Shown here: piece after piece, positions 58,627-64,000 of the stretch
How positions within the stretch are numbered: the stretch's first letter is position 1
How the letters are laid out: each line of letters begins with the position of its first letter
Assembly: GCA_050633245.1 (NCBI GenBank)
Contig: JBOEGD010000011.1
Location: 96,001 to 160,000 of the forward strand
Direction: 5' to 3'
Length of the DNA: 64,000 nucleotides
Source: Calditrichia bacterium
GTDB lineage: Bacteria; Calditrichota; Calditrichia; RBG-13-44-9; J075
Program-made: the position numbers and the translations under genes
Notes under the pieces: model-generated
What the model saw: the letters and a program-made list of their open reading frames with translations, nothing else
The model's database searches: none
What the model was told of the DNA's origin: nothing

Positions 58627-60282
58627 ATGCATCTTCATTATCTTACGCTCGTTCGCCAAACCAGAATATTGCACGAAAGTCTGGTCAATTGTAAAGTTAT
58701 CGATGCATATACCCAGCTTAAGCACGAATGCCGGTTCATTCTTCAATCCGCCAGCGGCGAAGAATTCTGCCTGCAGTGTTCCAGCCATCCTCAATACCCT
58801 TATGTGTTGTTGCTGAGTGGGGTTAAGCGAAAGTCAAACTCCACAACAGTCCTCCCCGAACTTATTGGCAAAACGATACAGACCATATCCATTTTGCAAA
58901 ATGAGCGGCTTATCGATGTTGATTTCTTCGATGAAGGAATACGACTCGTTCTCCAGTTATTTACCAACCGCACTAATTTTTTGGTTGTAGATGAGGAAGA
59001 GCAGATTGTAAATGCTTTTAAGTCTCACCGGAAGCTTCAGGGAGGCACCTATAATCCGGAAGCCGGAGAACGACTTGATCCGCTTGCCCTGTCGCTCGAT
59101 GAATTTTCTACTGCACTACGTTCAGAAAATGGAGCTTTTGACCTGGCGAGTCTTCGAAACTTTCACAATCTGTCGCGTTCGATAATCAGGGAGATTCTCT
59201 ATCGCAGTAAAATCGCTGATTCAGAATCTGATTCACATACTGAAGAAGATGTTGCCACTATCTATCGAGAAATGCAGCAATTTCTGAAAGATTGTAAAGA
59301 AGGCAAGGTGGTGATATACTTCGACGAATTGATACCGGTACGTTTTGCTTTAACGCGATTCTATTCTGAACAAAAGCTTACTTATGAAGAATTTGACGAT
59401 GTTAACGCAGCTCTCCGCCTCTACAACTTTAGAGCTCTGAAGTATTCAGTCCTTCAGCAAAAAACCCGACGCCTGGAACAACTGTTGGGACGTAAGAGAA
59501 AGTCACTTCAAAGCAGTCTAGCGCAGCTTGTTGAGCGTCCGCAAGACCATCAAAAAGCATCCGAGCTAAAAAAGATCGGTGAGCTACTTGCTGTTCAACC
59601 GGGCAAGATCGGTCATGGCATGAAGAAAGTGACCCTCGTGGACTATCACGATCCTGAACTTGCAGAAATTTCTATCAGTGTTAATCCTAACTTGAGTATG
59701 CATGAAAATGCCCAGGCGTATTTTCAGCGCGCGCGAAAGATGGAGGAGCGAGCCGGCCAGCATAAGGAACAGAAATCGTGGCTTAATAAGCAGCTTGTAA
59801 TGGTGGTTGATTTTCAGGAGCGGCTTCAGGAAATCTCTGAGTTCAAGGCGTTGGATAAACTGGAAAAAGATATGGCGGGCAAGCAGCTGCTAAAGCGAAG
59901 CAGTGAGCCGAAAGGGGAGAGGGCAATCTCTCTGCCGTATAAACGATACATGATGAAGGATAATGAAATTTGGGTCGGAAAAAATGCCAGGCAAAATGAC
60001 GCATTGACATTTAAACATGCAAGTAAACACGACTTTTGGCTACATGTGCAGGGTTACAGCGGCTCGCATGTCGTTATTCGTAATCCTTCCAGGCATGATC
60101 ATCCGGACAGTGTTGTTTTAGAGTATGCCGCGCAGTTAGCTGTAACAAATAGTCGTGCGAAACATGCCAGCTATGTACCAGTTGTATATACTCAAATAAG
60201 ACATGTAAGAAAGCCGCGCAAGTCTGCGCCGGGGTCAGTGATTCCAGAGATGGTAAAAACGATTTTTGTGGATCCACTCTAA
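58627..60282 (+). CDS. rqcH: NFACT-family ribosome quality-control protein RqcH (FbpA-like)
   Basis: NFACT-N, coiled coil ENAQ.YF..ARK and NFACT-R VGKNA.QND.LT...D.WLH.....GSHV...V.KP. Confidence 0.85.
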   Translation: MHLHYLTLVRQTRILHESLVNCKVIDAYTQLKHECRFILQSASGEEFCLQCSSHPQYPYVLLLSGVKRKSNSTTVLPELIGKTIQTISILQNERLIDVDFFDEGIRLVLQLFTNRTNFLVVDEEEQIVNAFKSHRKLQGGTYNPEAGERLDPLALSLDEFSTALRSENGAFDLASLRNFHNLSRSIIREILYRSKIADSESDSHTEEDVATIYREMQQFLKDCKEGKVVIYFDELIPVRFALTRFYSEQKLTYEEFDDVNAALRLYNFRALKYSVLQQKTRRLEQLLGRKRKSLQSSLAQLVERPQDHQKASELKKIGELLAVQPGKIGHGMKKVTLVDYHDPELAEISISVNPNLSMHENAQAYFQRARKMEERAGQHKEQKSWLNKQLVMVVDFQERLQEISEFKALDKLEKDMAGKQLLKRSSEPKGERAISLPYKRYMMKDNEIWVGKNARQNDALTFKHASKHDFWLHVQGYSGSHVVIRNPSRHDHPDSVVLEYAAQLAVTNSRAKHASYVPVVYTQIRHVRKPRKSAPGSVIPEMVKTIFVDPL

Positions 60283-60669
60283 TTAGATTAGAGCACTTTC
60301 GGGAAAGACCTGCCCGATCACCTTGCGGAACTGTGCAGGTTTTATTGGCTTCGGAAGCATCAAATCGACGCCCATCGCTTTAATCTGTTTAATCACGCGA
60401 GCGCCAAGGTTGCCGGAAACTACCATAATCGGAAGCTCCTGATTAACTTGTCGAATCTTCTCAATGAGCTCGACACCGCCTAGCCGAGGCATTACAAGAT
60501 CTGTAATCAGCAAATCGAAGCGCTGCTGTAGGAGCTTGTTTAGCGCTTCCTCGCCATTGTACACTGTAACAACTTGAAAACCCTCAAGCGTCAGCCAGGT
60601 ATCCAGGCTGCGACTCAGGTTTTTGTCATCTTCAGCTACGAGAATTTTTTTCATGGGAACAGAAAACAT
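60283..60669 (-). CDS. Single-domain response regulator (start may be 60654)
   Basis: ILVAEDD, DLLITDLVMP, VSG and KP motifs. Confidence 0.9.
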   Translation of the reverse strand: MFSVPMKKILVAEDDKNLSRSLDTWLTLEGFQVVTVYNGEEALNKLLQQRFDLLITDLVMPRLGGVELIEKIRQVNQELPIMVVSGNLGARVIKQIKAMGVDLMLPKPIKPAQFRKVIGQVFPESALI

Positions 60670-60736
60670 TGGCTTTACTTTCCTTCCGGGAAAATGTTAT
60701 TTTTATAATTCGTCCCTGTATCATCACAAACTTAAA

Positions 60737-60849
60737 GCAAAGAGCTTGCCATCTTTTTTCTAAAATTTCACCCGATTTTAAGGCTTTCCTTCGGGTGAAA
60801 TCTACACTTTGTTTAAAAGAGAGCTAAAGACTGTGTAATTTTTTTACAC
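60737..60849 (-). promoter_or_regulatory. sigma54 promoter with upstream activator palindrome
   Basis: TGGCAA-N5-TTGC at 60751-60737 and GTGTAA-N5-TTACAC at 60833-60849. Confidence 0.75.
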
Positions 60850-62208
60850 TTCCGCTTCATCTATGTTGTATTCTTCCAGCTTGTTATAAAGAGAGCGTCG
60901 GCTTATTCCCAAGACCGTGGCAGCCTTCAGCTTGTTTCCCTTGACGGCTTTCAGTGTTTGAATAATCATTGTCTTCTCGACTTCAGATAGCGGAACGCCC
61001 GGCTTGAAGGTGATATTGACTTTGGCAAGTCCTGGTTTGACAACGCTGTTTGGAAGATGCTTAACATCTACCTGATTGCCGGCAGTCAAAACGGCTCTTA
61101 AGATAATATTTCTAAGCTCGCGCACATTACCCGGCCATTGGTATGCTTCGAGTGCTTCCAGTGCACGTGGAGAAAACCCTGCTACATTTTTATTTAGCTC
61201 TACGTTGAAAGTCTCACGGTAGAAGTTTGCCAGATAGCTGATATCGCCTTTGCGCTCACGTAGCGGCGGAAGTTCTACCGTGAAAACGTTTAGACGATAA
61301 TATAGGTCTTCACGAAAATCATTTCGTTCAATCATCGTTTCGAGATTCTCATTGGTCGCGGCTACAATGCGTACGTCTACTTTTATTGAGCGATTGCTGC
61401 CGACACGTTCGATAACCTGAGTCTCCAAGACCCTCAGCAAACTGATCTGCACTTCTTGACTCATGGTACCAATTTCATCAAGAAAAAGCGTACCGTCATT
61501 TGCCTCTTCAAACTTACCCTTTTTGTCGGCAATCGCGCCGGTAAAGGCTCCTTTTAAGTGACCGAATAATTCAGATGCAATTAATTCGCGGGGAATTGCG
61601 CCGGTATTTACTGCAATAAATGGATGTTTTTGGCGCTGTGAAAGACCGTGGATGGCATTGGCCACCATCTCTTTACCCGTGCCACTTTCACCGACAATCA
61701 GAACCGGAATGTCAGTGGCCATCACTTCTTTGATACGTCGATAAACCTGCTGCATGGCCTTACTTTGGCCAACCAACTTGTGAAAGTGAAAGTATTTGCT
61801 GAGGCGTTCTGTTTTCTCTTCATTAGACAAATCTTTTGAACCATCTACCTGCAGTGTGTCCTTTACTACCTGCACCAGCTTCTTTGGCTTTATTGGCTTA
61901 GTGATGTAGTTAATCGCGCCAAGCCTCATTGCCTCAACGGCATTCTCAATGGTCCCAAAACCGGTAACCATAATCACTTTCATGGAAGGATAATCCATCT
62001 TTAACTGCTCCAGAAAACGAAGGCCGTCCATTTCATTCATCTTATAGTCTGTTATGATCAGGTCATAGACACCCTTAGCAAGTTTCTCTATACCGTCACG
62101 ACCATTTTCTGCTTCAGCAACCTCAAAGCCCTCATCTTCCAGAATAGTTGACATGCCCACGCGCAGGTTGGCGTCATCGTCTACGATGAGTATGCGGTAG
62201 TTCTTCAT
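60844..62208 (-). CDS. sigma54-dependent response regulator (NtrC/AtoC family)
   Basis: REC domain, GESGTGKE, GAFTGA, FLDEI, FREDLYYRLNV, WPGNVREL and Fis-type HTH. Confidence 0.96.
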   Translation of the reverse strand: MKNYRILIVDDDANLRVGMSTILEDEGFEVAEAENGRDGIEKLAKGVYDLIITDYKMNEMDGLRFLEQLKMDYPSMKVIMVTGFGTIENAVEAMRLGAINYITKPIKPKKLVQVVKDTLQVDGSKDLSNEEKTERLSKYFHFHKLVGQSKAMQQVYRRIKEVMATDIPVLIVGESGTGKEMVANAIHGLSQRQKHPFIAVNTGAIPRELIASELFGHLKGAFTGAIADKKGKFEEANDGTLFLDEIGTMSQEVQISLLRVLETQVIERVGSNRSIKVDVRIVAATNENLETMIERNDFREDLYYRLNVFTVELPPLRERKGDISYLANFYRETFNVELNKNVAGFSPRALEALEAYQWPGNVRELRNIILRAVLTAGNQVDVKHLPNSVVKPGLAKVNITFKPGVPLSEVEKTMIIQTLKAVKGNKLKAATVLGISRRSLYNKLEEYNIDEAEV

Positions 62209-62227
62209 TAATAATGCCCCTCTTTAA

Positions 62228-64000
62228 TTAAGATGTCGGTAGTTGTATATGAAAAATTGTCCCGACACCGGTTTTGGTCTCGAAATATAGTTTTCCTTCA
62301 TGCGCCTCAATAATTTTTCGCGAGATTGCCAAGCCAATTCCGCCGCCACTTTCCTTTGTGGTAAAATAGAGGTCGAAGATATTGTCACGCACGTTCTCGG
62401 GAATGCCGTGTCCGCTGTCTTTAATATCTACAAACACTTTGCCTTCGTCGAAATGGGTGCGAATAGCAAGCTGCCCACCATCCGGCATGGCATCGAAGCC
62501 ATTTAAAATCAAGTTTATAAGCACTTGTTTTAATTGGTCTTTACTGACGCGAACCATGGGAAGGTCTTTAGAGAAAAAGATCTTAATTTCCACATTTTTT
62601 TCGAATGCCTGTTGCTGAACCAAATCGAGAATACCGCGAATAAGCTCATTTATATTCTCATAAGTCAGCACAATTTCCTGAGCTTTTGCCAGGTTAAAGA
62701 ATTGATCTATCAGCTTTTGAAGGCGCTCTACTTCACTGTGTAAGATCCCGATCGACTTCTGAATTTTATTTAGCCGTTTTTCGTCGCTAACCGACTTTTC
62801 AACCATGTTATCGACAATCTCGGTGTGGATTGCCAATGAGCTCAAAGGATTGCGTATTTCATGTCCGATACTTGATGCCAATTGTGAAATGACGCCATAT
62901 TTCATGCTGCGTTGCAAGGTACCTTCGAGCTCGTTTAATACATCGATATTCTTAATGTAAAACACAATTCCGTAGATATCTTCGCCGCTGTTAAATGGAC
63001 GAACCATCACCTCTGTGCTTATCGTTCGGTCGTTCAGCAGCTTCAGGGTAAACGATTGCTTAACTTCATGTGTCAGCGGTTGCTTGGCTCTTCGGTACAT
63101 CTCAAGCAACCGGGGGTTCTTCTGTAGCAGATCGTAAATGCGTCGATGAGCATTGGATGTACTTCGAATTTGCAGTACGTCGATAAGATATTCATTGTGC
63201 GTAATAATGGTCATATTTAAATCGAGGATTAACAATCCCTGATTTAAAACCCGCATCATTGAATTGATCTGCTCTTCTGATTCCTGAAAGCTTTTATTGA
63301 GCTCTTCTTTTTCATTGTAGAGCTTATTCAAATTGCTAAAGACCGTATCCACTTCATCCGGAGGATGTTCATCCGCTGTGGTTGAATTGCCCGGGTTCGG
63401 TTTGCGAGGCTGATCTCTTCGCTCTGTCGTTGGTGCAGCGCTATTTTCAAGCCAGTGCCAGCTCATCACCGGAATTAAAATAATCAGTCCCAGAAGAGCC
63501 GAAATCATCGAAAATAAAGCAGGCCTGAATCGATCGTACCAAGTGGATTGTACTTCCCATACCTGGCCTTGCAGATAGCCTTTCCTTGATTCACCATCTT
63601 CGATAGGCAACATAACATCGAGGACACGAACTCCCCGCTCAGAGTCGAGACTGTCATTTATTACGGTTGGGCCACTTATATCAAAATGTTTTTCCTCTTC
63701 AAAGCTAACTGTCATCCTTTCGTAAAGTGTTTCGCTTGCGACGACGACCTGCTTTTGCTTGTTGAAAATTAGAAGAACCTGAATCGCACTGGATGGATCT
63801 ACGAACTTTTTTAGCGCAGTTCTCAAGGTCTTCTTTTGCTTATTGTCGGGATTGGCAATATTTACTTTCTCAGCCAAAACGGCACTCTGTACCTGTGTAA
63901 GCAGTAAATAGGCCTTCTGATTTTCAATATTGGTCTGATAGCGCACCACGGAGTAATTAAGTGCCAATAGTAAGACTGTTACCAAAGCGAGGTAAACAAT
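62228..64000 (-). CDS. Membrane sensor histidine kinase with PAS-like domain, partial (frame open to the window end)
   Basis: H-box GHEIRNPL, NLILNGFDAM, DSGHGI and FTTKESGGGIGL motifs. No stop between 63985 and 64000. Confidence 0.92.
   Translation of the reverse strand: MVYLALVTVLLLALNYSVVRYQTNIENQKAYLLLTQVQSAVLAEKVNIANPDNKQKKTLRTALKKFVDPSSAIQVLLIFNKQKQVVVASETLYERMTVSFEEEKHFDISGPTVINDSLDSERGVRVLDVMLPIEDGESRKGYLQGQVWEVQSTWYDRFRPALFSMISALLGLIILIPVMSWHWLENSAAPTTERRDQPRKPNPGNSTTADEHPPDEVDTVFSNLNKLYNEKEELNKSFQESEEQINSMMRVLNQGLLILDLNMTIITHNEYLIDVLQIRSTSNAHRRIYDLLQKNPRLLEMYRRAKQPLTHEVKQSFTLKLLNDRTISTEVMVRPFNSGEDIYGIVFYIKNIDVLNELEGTLQRSMKYGVISQLASSIGHEIRNPLSSLAIHTEIVDNMVEKSVSDEKRLNKIQKSIGILHSEVERLQKLIDQFFNLAKAQEIVLTYENINELIRGILDLVQQQAFEKNVEIKIFFSKDLPMVRVSKDQLKQVLINLILNGFDAMPDGGQLAIRTHFDEGKVFVDIKDSGHGIPENVRDNIFDLYFTTKESGGGIGLAISRKIIEAHEGKLYFETKTGVGTIFHIQLPTS

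Overview
Bacterial chromosomal window, most likely FCB-group and Calditrichota-like. This is an inference from the rplM-rpsI-rpsB-tsf-pyrH-frr gene order, three secreted proteins with YPNPFNP-type FlgD/T9SS-like C-terminal domains, and clear Shine-Dalgarno use. About 57 kb (7.2-64 kb) is core genome: pduO, serC, etfAB, a translation cluster, lpxB, a ccmABCDEF System I* variant, ftsK-lolA, wzc with two UDP-sugar dehydrogenases, tamB-tamA, mutY, prs, suhB, pgm, two tandem S8 proteases, queG, DPP-IV, rqcH and a sigma54 two-component system. The most notable part is the first 7 kb, an accessory region abutting the 3' end of tRNA-Asn(GTT). It is built from small modules: a secreted protein, a BrnT/BrnA toxin-antitoxin pair, a double-NIDO sensor kinase and a lipoprotein. 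The modules are delimited by recurring boundary elements: a 67-bp hairpin element (x2), a 35-36-bp tRNA-end-like att element (x2) and a perfect 59-bp direct repeat (x2). No integrase is present in the window, so this looks like a tRNA-anchored, integron-like array of non-autonomous cassettes. Other non-coding signals are a four-way-junction leader that hides an SD, two sigma54 promoters with recognisable activator boxes, CsrA-type AGGGAC hexaloops, an S2 (rpsB) leader and mosaic 7/8-mer tandem repeats. All calls were made by eye; no database searches were run.
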